From: Penicillus capitatus
Taxonomy: Eukaryota > Plantae > Chlorophyta
Length of the DNA stretch: 64,000 bases
Assembly (NCBI GenBank): GCA_965649825.1
Contig: OZ287707.1
Location: 186,001 to 250,000, forward strand
Direction: 5' to 3'
Of this stretch, positions 13,357 to 25,088 are shown in pieces. Made by a program: the position numbers and the translations under genes. Positions within the stretch are counted from its first letter, which is position 1. Each line of letters begins with the position of its first letter. The notes below the pieces were generated by a model. It made no database searches. It worked only from the letters and a program-made list of their open reading frames with translations, and was not told the DNA's origin.

Positions 13357-14439
13357 ATGGCAACGACGAATCAGATCAGCAAAAAGAAGAAAGTGCGAAC
13401 GCGATGGTACTGTCAGAAGCCTCATTGAAATGCTCTCCTGTCTTAGTTCGTCGGCGATGGCGTCTTCTATGCCGAGCTGAACGAACTGCTGACCCGTGAA
13501 CTGGCGGTGGATGGCTACTCGGGAGTGGAAGTCCGCGTCACTCCTCTGAGAACTGAGATCATTATTCGCGCCACGCGAACGCAGAAGGTCCTCGGTAAGT
13601 GTGGTCCAGTTGAGAGTTCGTTCGTTCGGTGAGGAGAGTGATGATGATCATATGTCGCCCCAGTCTGATTTAGTTGATGATTTCATGACGGAATTGCGAC
13701 TGATGCGCCTCACACTTTTTGAATGTGTGATAGAGAAAGTGTGATGAGGGATCTTGATATCTAGGCGAAGGTGGTATGCGGATTCGAGAACTGACGTCTT
13801 TAGTACAGAAGAGATTTGGATTTGAGCCGTCAACAGTGGAACTCTTTGTGGAACGTGTGGATAAGCAGGAACGCGGACTCTGTGCCATGGCTCAGGCAGA
13901 ATCGCTGAGATACAAGCTCCTTGGAGGCTTGGCTGTACGCAGGTACGTACGCACGCGTTCGTTGCCGGCAGAGATGCTACGTCATGTTCAGGGCCTGTTA
14001 CGGCGTGCTGCGATTTGTCATGGAAAGCGGAGCCAAGGGATGCGAACTGATCGTGTCCGGAAAACTGAGAGCGCAGCGTGCGAAGGCCATGAAATTCCGT
14101 GATGGTTTTATGCTTTCCGCGGGCGATCCGACGCGTACCTACGTGGACACCGCTGTGCAACACGTTCTTTTGCGACAGGGGGTCTTGGGGATCAAAGTGT
14201 GATGTCACACTTTTCGTGTCCACTGTCTAACGCATGGCTGCGCATGGCAGGTGAAGATCATGAAGGATCATGATCCTTCTGGCAAATTGGGACCCGCTCG
14301 GCAATTGCCGGACATCGTCAAGATTCACGAACCCAAAGAAGAGGAAGTGTACATTCCTCCGCCCGAAATCGATCAACAGCCAAAGGAGTTTGAAGAAGGA
14401 GAAGTGGTGTACGGCGATCCGGCTCCTCCGGTCATGTAA
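13357..14439 (+). CDS. RPS3: 40S ribosomal protein S3 (uS3), 5 exons
   Basis: [25 protein letters not shown]...[12 protein letters not shown]...[53 protein letters not shown]. Confidence 0.98.
13629..13713 (+). ncRNA. Intronic box C/D snoRNA, U31/snR67-type guide for LSU P-loop Gm
   Basis: In the unusually long RPS3 intron 2. Terminal stem GTGAGG/CCTCAC; box C (G/A)TGATGA 13639-13647; D' CTGA 13665-13668; C' TTGATGA 13674-13680; D CTGA 13700-13703. Guide TGTCGCCCCAGT pairs with conserved LSU GCUGGGGCGGCA. Confidence 0.85.
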
Positions 14440-14614
14440 AGCATTCTCTCATTAACTGTCTCTCCCTTTCTCAGTCCCTTTGGAGCGAGAGAATTTACAG
14501 AATGCACGCTTCGTCAAAATAACCCGACAACAACGCCATAACCCAAGACTTGTGTGGGACACCAGTCAACAGGATCTTATTGCTCCCGTCACTAATAGAG
14601 TAAGACGCATGTTC

Positions 14615-16377
14615 TCATCTGAAATTCGAATGCATGGAGATATTGCACCCACGTGAGCGATTTAGAGGAGGAAAAACACTCCAAAATCTTAGGGTCTCGT
14701 CGCCAGCCCCTGTCACGATCGTTTGTCCATCTGGCGAGACAGCCAAGTACAGAACGCGAAAGGAATGGCCGATCAACGTCGAGAGCTTCGTCATCTCGGG
14801 ATACTTCCACACAACGACCTGATTCTGACTGTAGCCGTGTGTGCTCACAATCTCATTCACATTCCGAGACCACGACAGATTGCAGACTTGACTGCCGGTA
14901 TCGACGGCATTGAGACTCTGTCCATTTGTTGTATTCCAGAAACGAATATGACGATCCGCTGTGCCGCCGCCGGAAGCGAGCAGGCCGTGCTGATGGGGAG
15001 ACCAGGCGATGGCCTTGACAGCCGCCGTATGTTCCTTGAATTTCACAACGGGCGATTCGGCGGCGCGTAGTTCCCAGATCAATAGACAGTTGTCGTTACC
15101 ACCCGATGCCAATTGCCGATCGTCTCCTGACCACTAAATACACCCTAGAATCAGAAAGAATGAAATGGACCCTTCTCACTTTTAATCCACAGACTTCAGA
15201 TGTGTGTCCCGATAGTCGATGCACCGCAGTCTCTGTCCGAATATCGTGATGGAGAACGTATCGATCCCGTGAGCCAGTCGTAAGATGCGTCGTACTCCAT
15301 GCCATCGTCCCCACTCGGACTCTACACCCGTCAATCATCACAGAGGCCTTCTGCGGAGCGACGGTTACCGATGTCCCGTCAAAGAATGTGCTCTCTTCAG
15401 GGTCTGAACATCCCAGACTTGCACTTCGCCTTGAGACGTACCGACGGAGAGAAATGTCGAACGTTGAGAGAAGGCGACAGAACAGACCGTATCCACTGGA
15501 CTTAAATCACAAAGCTTTGTCACCTAGACGACGCCGATTTCTTCACGGACATGGACTGGCCATGATCGTGCCATACAGTGCTTGTATTGGCATTCCATAG
15601 ATAGACACAGGCGCCCAATCCCACTGCCAGAATGTTATTGGACGACCAGTCGACCAAATTGAGATAGAAGTCATCTTGCAGTGCCGGAGCATCGAGGACC
15701 TGATCCGAAGAAGACAGGACAACACAGACCACTGTCACACATCTGTCACATCCCTCGCGATGCGCCTGACCTTATACGGTGCCTTTGCAATTCTCCTTGG
15801 AGCTCGTCTTAATCGGTGCGCATCGAGATCGTCACTTCCCAGCGGTGCTAATGCATTGGGATCTTGTGATAGAGGTAGTGCGTGGAGTCCACTGCTCTGG
15901 TATCTAAAGATTTTCTGCTGCTGAAAGTTTGTCAATTGCTGAAGCTGCGTATGTTTGTCGAGAGAAATGGGGACCGACGGTTTGATCCCTAACACCACAG
16001 ACTGAAGCAGTAAGGCATAGCCTGGACTCGCCTCCTACACACACATGACCTCACCGTGCACTTTGAAACGGCACGAGACGTCGTTGTTGGCCGTATACGC
16101 CGTAATACGTTCTGCAGCGACATTGGCGTCCTGAACTGAGTATTCGAGCAAGGCTTGATGCTGTCGAGAAGCGAGTAGACGGTCACTGTGCACCGTTCGT
16201 CGACTTGGAAGCACGCCCTGCGACTGACCCACTCAACATCGTGAAGGATTCAGTCCATGTGTGTACCTTTCTATTCAGGTCCGGATCAAAAGGCGTTTCG
16301 TTTTCTTCCTTCGAGAGCGACCCCTCTGTCGACGTCTGTGGCGGAGGGGTGTGTAAGTTTTCGTATGAGGCCTCCAT
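14615..16377 (-). CDS. FZR1: APC/C activator, Cdh1/Fizzy-related (CCS52-like) WD40 protein
   Basis: [89 protein letters not shown]. Confidence 0.93.
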
Positions 16378-17044
16378 TTTCACAAGACTACCTAAAATGA
16401 CAGGGGGCGTTGACGACACGACGGCGGTTTGCGTTCGGGTCCGATTCGAGATGGGGACGTACTGAGAAATGAAATGCGCGATGCCGCGACGACCTCGACG
16501 CCCAGTGGGACGTGACGAGGAAGAGAAGGTGGAGAGGGTGTCGATGCGACGAGCCCAGTCACAGGCCGAAGACGAGACCGTGGAGATTTCTAGAGCGATG
16601 CCGAAAGCGAAGATTTCTTTAATGAACGAGCTTGATATCACGAAACGCGACGACTCGTTGCGATGCGCGCCCTTTTGATGGCTCGAAAAGCACGAAAACG
16701 ACTGAACCGCGATGAGATGTCACATCATTGGTGTATCAAAAGATAATGACGGGCTTCATACCTGATGCTCGGCACAAAGACAGCGATTCAAGAAGAGATG
16801 ACCTACACAACAGCATCATGCATGCTCGGCAGAAGCGCACGTGCGAGACGATGTGACAGTCCTACGACAGGGCGTCTGTTTTCAGGCGATTCTGTGGGGT
16901 GCTTGACTGGGTGCGCGTTCCCCTCTGCCGTCGTTGGATGCGATAGCGATTCTTAAGCGGCTGAGTGGAGGCAATGTACACGGTATGCGTTTTCCGAGGG
17001 ACGGAACGTGATGACGCGGACAGGGTAGGCGACGAATCGTCGAA

Positions 17045-18775
17045 ATGGCAACGATGTGTGGTGCGGCCATGCCATGCGTGTCCATCCAAGTAAACACCAA
17101 AACCCAGTCATCACTGCGAATCTCACGCATTTCTTCGACGAAAACGCACGGATCGATCGCAGAACGTCGTATCGAGACACGCGCGGCACTCCATCGCTTT
17201 GCACGGTCGAACGCATCGCCATCGGTGTCGACTTCCGCCGAACTTCGTTCTGCGCCGATGGAATCGACAGCTGTCCATGGCGAACATCCTATTCGAAATC
17301 ATTGTCATCTCAATGAAGTTCAGACAGAATGTATACGTGTTTAAGGGCGGAGACGAATTCGTCAACGTCATTGTTAACTTGTTTCCGCTAACTGCCAAGC
17401 AATCTTGACGCATTCCGTTGCGAACGGTTGCCAAAAGCCTCTTTGTACGCAGTCTGTCCAAGTGGAAGAGTGGCAGCCTATCGAGTCGGACAGAACACGA
17501 ATATTGACTCTTCATTGTCGACGGAATGCGAGAACGACGTATTGGATGTTTCAGAGCAATGCGCTCCATTTCGTTAAAGAGTTTTCTGCGTTTCAAAAAA
17601 ACGAGTCCACAAGAAGATATGGTGAGCCTCGTCGAGGTATGTCGGCATACGCTCTCTTCTGTCCATATGGAAATCTCGACCGTTTACAGAATAAGCCCAA
17701 GAGCTTCGTCGACGAGGGTACTTGGGCCTGTCTGCACTTCCACGCTATTCAATCCATCGTGCGTCACGCCAGTGAATCTTCCCCTAAAGAATTTCATAAA
17801 TTCCTCTCCACTGCCAGCTTACTGAACAAGCATTGGAAATCGGCCATCGATGACATTGTTCGCAAACTGGATGTGAAAAAGAACAGACAGCAGGGACTGG
17901 AATCACTCCTCAAGCGGTTCTCTCGAGTAACGACCCTTCGTCTGACATCCATCGACAGCGAAGCGCTCTCTCAGTTGCAAGATCACGAACAAGTGGAAGA
18001 TCTGGAGCTCTACGCCGTCGATTTTTCATCACATAAGACTGTCAAAGGATTAGCACGGCTTCGGTTTTTGAGGGGGATCAAGTTTCGTAACTCGCCGTCA
18101 TTGGACGATCGAACACTCAAAGCAGTTGCTTGTTGTTCGAATCTCACACATCTGGACTTGACTGGGTGTTCATTGATTACGGGCGACGGCGTCAAGATCT
18201 TAGGACAGTTGACGAACCTGGTGCATCTCTATCTCGGTGACTGTGCTGCTCTCAGTACTGAGGGTCTGCAGAGTCTGTCCTCCCTCTCCCGGCTGGAATG
18301 TCTCAATCTTAGTGGCGTCCAGAGTGTGGACAACTCTGTCATGCATGCTCTGTCGGCGTTACCCCGTCTGACGGATCTTGACGTTTTTATGTGTCCAAAT
18401 GTCACGGACATTGGATTATGGTACCTGGCAAAGAAAGTGTACCTCAAGAATCTCAATCTTTTCAGCTGCGATCGCATCACAGACGAAGGACTGAAAGCCA
18501 TTGCTCAGCAAACGGCATTGAGGAAGCTGAATCTGGGCTGGTGCTGTTTGATTACAGATTACGGAATACGCCTTCTTTCTGAATTGGAGCATTTGTGTGA
18601 GCTGCGTATGAGTTACGTGCCAATAACGTTCGATGGGTTGGTCCACTTGTCGAGATTATCATCCCTGACGCTCCTGGATGCCAGAGGATGCGAGAACAGC
18701 GTTACAGAATTGGGCAACGGCATCCATCGTCTCGTCAGTGCCTATCCTGCCGGACAGCTCACCGTTTTGTGTTGA
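17045..18775 (+). CDS. Leucine-rich repeat protein (F-box/LRR, FBXL14-like); 5' end uncertain
   Basis: 456-codon exon with about 10 cysteine-containing LRRs (LTHLDLTGCSLITGDGVKILGQL etc.) preceded by a degenerate F-box-like W..L...I...LLNKHWK; probable upstream exon from about 17045. Confidence 0.85.
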
Positions 18776-19132
18776 GGATATGTAGCATCTACGTATGGCG
18801 GCTCACTTCTCGATCATAGCTCTCTTCGATTTTGTGTGAAGACAAGACGATTCGCTTCACAACCAATCGCAAACTAGGCACTTGTCCATGTATCCTTTGT
18901 GTCTTCTAGTTGTGTATCCTAGCTGCGTCTGCATTTGATGGATGATGCACGTTTTTTCGCTGAAAGCATGACTCTGTGTGACAAGGCATCAGGATGGTGA
19001 CCATTATATGCGTGTGCTATTTAAGCTTTCATTCTCTCCATCCACCGTCCATCCATCGAACCAACAAACAAGAAGCATGATTCAATGTACGCACGAACAA
19101 ACTTATTAAGCGATCCACAGAAATGAGGGAGA

Positions 19133-19996
19133 TCATTCTTTCTTATCGCTCTCCGCTGGGGCCTCCTCCCCCTCGACCGTCGCTTTCTCCTCCATTTCTT
19201 TCGTCAGCTGATCCACGCCATCGTCATCCTTCTTCTCTTCTTCACTCTTCTCCTCCACTTCTGCCGTTTCATCTGGCGTCTGCGTTTCTGTCGCTGTCGG
19301 TTTGGGCGTCGTCAAGTATTGAGCATTCTCCTTCACGGCGTCCTCGTACTTGGAACGAAACTCCGCCGCCTCTGAAGGTGTGACAGAAACGTATAGCGAA
19401 AATCGAGTCGATGCGATCACACGTACTCTCGGCTGTTCCAAATCGAATACAGAGGCTCTCTTCTTTTGGCTTCTCTTCCGCAAAATCGATCGTCGAGAAG
19501 ACCAATGCCTTTTCGTTGCCGCCATGTTGCTGCAGCTTCGTATCTGGCATAACTGCACCGACAGTACGTTCTCACTCAGATCACGCATATCCAGGCGTAC
19601 TCAGGTGATTGGAACGCAGCTTAAACGTCTTGTCCTCGTGCATGATGAAGCGCTGCTTGTTTGTCGTCTTGTGTTTGAGGATCTTTGCCACGCCGAGGCC
19701 ACGTTCCTTCCAGGCGCCGTCGTCAAAACGATAGAGCTTACATTTGCTGCCATCAACGACAGACGTCGCATATGTGTGCGGATGATGATGTAGGTCACAC
19801 TTTTGCCACATGACTTCTTCATCGGCATCGCTCTTGACAGTCTCGACCTCTGTGAGCTTGACGACGGGTGTGAACTCCGGACTGTAGTCCTCCTCTCCCG
19901 TTGTCTCGACCTTTGACTCGGCCTCGGCGCCTTGTGGTGTTCCCTACGAGACCGTCTATCGATGCGAAACCGACTCAGGCATCGAACTTCGGCCAT
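19133..19996 (-). CDS. RANBP1: Ran-binding protein 1
   Basis: FTPVVKLTEVETV...EEV, CKLYRFDDGAWKERGLGVAKILKHK, KLRSNHL, LCIRFGTAE/KAAEFRSKYE, acidic tail. Confidence 0.95.
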
Positions 19997-20400
19997 GATA
20001 TCGTCGGGCGTCGTAGCAGCCGCGGGGAATAATTCTCAAAACGCGCGAATGAATGATGATGGGTTCTGACGATTGAAATGCCATTCGTCCTATTGATTCG
20101 ATTCCCGTCCTAAGCAACCCGGTCACATCGGAAAGCGTGTCTGCTACGCGTTTCATCTTTGACGGCGCATTTCGTGTCGAGAACGACATTTCCTCTTTCT
20201 TATCATTCTTTCTATTTTGTTTTCTACCAGGCTTTCTTGAACACAGACGAAGAGTCTTACGTCCGTCAAAGTCACATCAGGTGCAGGCTCGTGCAGATGG
20301 CGTTATGGCACTTCTCGTTACTCAGGGGACGCAACCACGCCATTAAGGGACAGCAAAGAGGGTGACCGAGAGTCGTCTACTACGGTGACACTTGCGAGGC

Positions 20401-22103
20401 ATGAGTGACGAAGAGACCTCCATCGAAGTCCTGCTTGCTTCGGAACAGAAAGCAAAATCGGTAAAGTACTGTCACATCAACGCATACTCTTATCTGCTGT
20501 CTTACTCTCCTCAGGCTAAAACTCGCACATGGTATCAGAGACTGGTCTACAGTACAAAGACCGTCCTTCTGGGGTCAAAACTGAATGTTCTGCTGTTTGC
20601 CGTCGTGTTTGCTTGTCTGTTCGATGCATTGGCGATGGAATCGCCGACCTTTGTCTTCAGTCTTATCGCCCTGGTGCCCTTGGCCGAGGTCAGCATCGAT
20701 GATCATATGTGCGAAGTGTGACATGTCACTCTTTTAGCGTTTGGGGTTTGTCACGGAAGAACTGGCGACGTACACCAACGACACACTCGGAGGTCTTCTC
20801 AACGCCACGTTTGGCAATGCGACAGAGCTCATTATCTGCGGTGATGCTTCGCCGGATGCAATCCATAAGTGTGACATGTGTGAGGTGTGGCCGTAGCTGT
20901 TTCGCTGCACAATGCTGGCAAACATAACGATCATTCCTATCTTCGCATCGTCCAGCTGTCGCTTCTGGGATCTGTGTTAGGCAACCTGCTGCTGGTGATG
21001 GGAACAGCTTTTCTCGTGGGCGGCCTCGCCCATCCCCGTCAGATCTTTAATCAAGAAGGAATGGGAGTAAACAGTGGCATGCTCATCATGGCAGTTGCCA
21101 GCATCCTATTGCCTTCCACCCTTTCAGAAACGGGAACAGAAGAGACAAAAGGCAGATCCGAATTGAACCTTTCACGATTCGAAAGCGTCGCCTTATTAAT
21201 ACTCTATGCACTGTATCTCATTTTTCAGTTGGTCACACATCGACATCTCTACGAAGAACAGAATGACGCAGGCCCAAGCAATGCCACGGAGCACCAGACT
21301 CCCAGCAATGGACAAGTCCGCGATCTCTCCACAAATGTCACATCACGTGTCAATCCCTTTTCTCTAGGCGCAGAAGAATCACCGGAGATCTTCGTTTGGC
21401 GGCTCGACCGAAGATGCTGACGGTTACCTTGGTCTCCCTTCTTCCACTCTCCATCGCATGCGCACATTCATCGAATACGATACCGAAGACGAGGAAGTGC
21501 GAACCGAGAGACATCGGCATCCAAAGACAGGTGCATTGGATGACAGGAAAGCGAAGAGAAGGAAGGAATGGGACTGTGGTTTGCCTTGTCATGGCTCGCC
21601 ATCATTACGATCCTTATTGCCTATCTTTCCGAACTGGTCGTCGATACCATCAAAGAAGCACATGACGCACTCGGAATTCCCTTGCCCTTTCTCTCCACCA
21701 TCATCCTCCCCATCGTCGGCAATGCTGCAGAACACGCCTCCGCTATTCTCTTTGCCTACAAGAACAGAATGGAGATCACTCTTGGCGTTGCTGTCGGTTG
21801 GTCACTCTTTTCGTCCATCCATCTGTTCAGCAAATGCTGTCTTATGTAGGGAGTGCCACACAAATTGCTGTTCTGGTCATTCCGGTCACTATCATTCTTT
21901 CATGGATTATGGGTCAGCCCCTTGATCTCGATTTCGAATGGTTTGAAGCCTTTACCCTTTTTCTCTGCACCATCATCGCAATTATCTCCGTTCACGATGG
22001 CACCACCAACTGGATCAAGGGTTTGTTGCTTATGATGACGTACACATTCGTTTCCGCTGCGTTTTGGGTACACGCCGATCGTGATTTGACAGAAGAAAAA
22101 TAA
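20401..22103 (+). CDS. CAX: Vacuolar cation/proton exchanger (CAX family)
   Basis: Alpha-1 [16 protein letters not shown] and alpha-2 [14 protein letters not shown] repeats; [14 protein letters not shown]; KGLLLMMTY. Confidence 0.95.
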
Positions 22104-22325
22104 ACACACGTGCTGATGACACCCACCACTGAACATTTCACTATACGCACGCATGTCTATCACTGCCCTTCGCAGATTGTTAATCGAATTTCCATTTGAT
22201 AAACAACCCCGTGAAAGGTTTGTCGGCTGAATTAAAAGGACGTTGAAAGTGTACACCGACCTCCGCCCTACGACGACCGCACACATGTTTTTCGAAATCC
22301 TCTTTTCTGCCTTATGTATGTAAGT

Positions 22326-23146
22326 TTACTTTTCGGCTCTTTCGGGTTTGTATGTCAGTTCACCTTTAACGATTCCTGGACTGAGTGCCGTTTCGAGTTT
22401 GACCTCCAATTGCTCATTTGGATCGACCGTATACACCAACACGGGGCCTTTCTTTTTCGAGTACTTGGCGGCGATGGTCTTCACATACGGCTTTCCAACT
22501 TTTGTTTTCCAATGAAAGGAGGCATCCTCGAGACCATTGGCTGTATCCACAGAGAGCGTGCATTCATGTTTCTTTCCAAATTTGAGTTTTTCTTCAACAG
22601 CCGCTACGCACGAACGAACATTTCTCGCTCCCAGAGACCAAACACGGAAGCATCTGTACCCACTCGACGACCCATGTCATACTTCAATTCGAGACAGTCT
22701 GTAACGTCGCCTCGCTTAATGACCTTCGTCTCCAATTCGAGTTCAGGACTCGGAATAACGCTCCAGTTGAATTCTGGAACGCGTTGCTTGACCTTGACCT
22801 CGAACCCTTCGAATTTATGCTCGTACTGACCATAGGCTGTCTAGAGGGGATAGATATGTGGGTCAGGGTCGAGAGGAAAGGACAGCACGTGCCTTCTTGA
22901 CGAAATCATAGCCCAGTTTCCATCTCTTTCCCACGAGGTCCGTCGTGACGAGGCCGCTTCCGCGTTGGTGTTTGGCCTTAAGCTACACCGAACGAACATA
23001 CCTGCCCTCCGTTTCAGATATCGCTGCTGCACTTTGAGTTTCTCAGGAAGGCGGAGATCAATGCCCGTGCTTATGTGCTCGAGCTTCGGGTCGAAATCCA
23101 TTCGACACGACTCGAGGCCCACATTCGGCTTCTCTTTCGTCATCAT
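22326..23146 (-). CDS. About 225-aa basic protein with alternating-hydrophobic strands; putative beta-barrel (plastid outer-envelope pore-like)
   Basis: Four exons join cleanly via GT-AG introns of about 50 nt into an open frame (MMTKEKPNVG...KLGYDFVKKAR...WSVIPSPELELETK...VKGELTYKPERAEK). The fold call is inference from amphipathic patterning. Confidence 0.55.
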
Positions 23147-23179
23147 GCACGAGCAAGATTCGACAGAGATGGTGTGCAA

Positions 23180-23733
23180 ATGAGTCGTCTGCAATCGATG
23201 ACGGCACGATCGACGGCGACGTCTTTCTCGCCCTTTAAGGCCGGACGATGCGATCGGCGTCGGCACCACGATCGACGGTGTGCAGCGACGAACCGCCTCG
23301 TCTTCTACACGAAACCCGATTGCCCTCTCTGCGAAAAACAACGAGTGTGTGGCCGTCGATGGGTTTCTTCGCTGAAGGTGGTGTGATGGTCAGCGTCAGA
23401 TTGAAGCGTGCATCGATCGAGCGCAGTTTGTGCCGTCGCCTTTGTCAGATCTCGAATGGAAGGTGCTGTGCTGAATGGTCTGCGAGCACAGAACGTTATC
23501 CTGTCCAACAGGTGATTGATGTGACAGCAGACGAAGAACTGTCCACGAAGTATACCGATCAAGTCCCGCTGCTGATTAAGATACCCAGTACCGGCGTGCA
23601 CGTACACACATGCACACATCGCCCCAATAAGCAACCCACCACTCTGTAGGAGGTCCTGCCGCGGATTTCACCGCGATCGACGACGGAGCGTTTTTGCAAG
23701 AACCTTGAGCAATGCTTCGAAGAGTCCCACTGA
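23180..23733 (+). CDS. Glutaredoxin-like (DUF836-type) protein with transit-like N-terminus
   Basis: LVFYTKPDCPLCEK (CxxC), IEACIDRAQFVPS, VIDVTADEELSTKYTDQVPLL, LPRISPR. Confidence 0.8.
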
Positions 23734-23824
23734 ACTGCCTTAAAAGGCATTTGCTGTCACATCATGGTTTTTGTACCGTCACTTGACGTTATTGCCGGTG
23801 CTGTCGATTGCCGGTCGCGTTCCG

Positions 23825-25088
23825 ATGTGGTCCGACGACAGTGACGACGCGAGCTCAGACGCTGCGAGTCTACTCGATGAGGAACTCGAGCAAACGATCA
23901 AAGCCAGCCTCGACCTTCCGCTGACACTCCCGACTCCGTGTCCCGTTTGCTCCTCCTGCAGCTTCGCCTCAAATCGTTTTCATCTCTTCTCCGACTTCAA
24001 AGCTCTTCGTCAACATGCATCCGGTAGGCGTCGACCGTCGCCGGCACCCATGACCGTTCTGTGCGATGCAGAGCGTGTGCGCGATCGATGCCCCGAGCAA
24101 CAGAAAGTTCGACACCTGCACGAGACGCTGCTGCAAAACGTCGATCAGGAGATTGAGGATGCAAAGGTGGCGCATGTGATGTCGGCAGACGTTGCTGCAA
24201 TGGTGTATCGGGAGAACGTGAGTACGGAGACGACACGGAAACTCGATGATATGCTGCTTCTCGATGAAAGTGTTCGAGAAGGCAAACGCGCCATCGAAGA
24301 CCTGCAAGAGAAGCGACAGAAAAAACAGCGACAGACGTATCGAAACGTCAATCGATTGCAGGAACTGAGGCACAGTATTCAGGCCTATCGGGAAAGTGCC
24401 GAACGCATCAGAGAAGAGTCCATGAAAGTGTGACCTTCATACATAAAGGCGGCGGAATGGTAAAGAGTGAGATGGTGCGCAGGAGATTGAGAAGTATGAT
24501 ACTGATCTAAGAGATCTGCGAGATTCTCAGACGCAGCAACTGGATATGCGACGTGTACAGATTGACAAGATTCAGAAAGAACTGGACGATTCGGCCAAGC
24601 AGCTGACACAAGAGAAGAGGGCAGATCTCCGACAGAAGCAGCAGAACATGATGAAGTCGGCCGAGACGATGCGACAAGAGAAGGAATCGGTGGAACAGCA
24701 GCTGAAGGAGCTGCAGATACAGAAGGCCAATGCACAACGCGATTGGGAAGAGGCCGGACGGCAGAGGGAGATATTCGATCGAGAGGTGCATAACGTAGAA
24801 CAGCAGATCAAAGAGAGCGTCAAATGGGAGGAGGAGGATCAAGTGGTGATCAAGCAGCTCTCGTTGCTGGGTCTCGATACCAAACGACTACCCATGTCCT
24901 GCACCAAATGCAAGAGGCCGTTTCAAAAGAAAGAAGACAAGGGGAAGGAGGGGACATGCGAACGGACAATTCTGGAACTCTGTGGCTGTGTGGACTACTG
25001 CCGAACTTGCGCAGAACACAGACGATTCAAATGCGAGAAGCACAATGTCCGTGCCGGCCATGCCATTCCTTTCAGAACCTTTGGTTAA
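23825..25088 (+). CDS. Long coiled-coil protein with C-terminal RING-like Cys/His cluster
   Basis: E/Q/K/R-rich heptads, then CTKC...ILELCGCVDYCRTC...CEKH. Confidence 0.7.

Noticed and set aside
16469-17040. ORFs between FZR1 and the LRR gene
   Set aside because: Could be LRR 5' UTR/exons; no supportable product.
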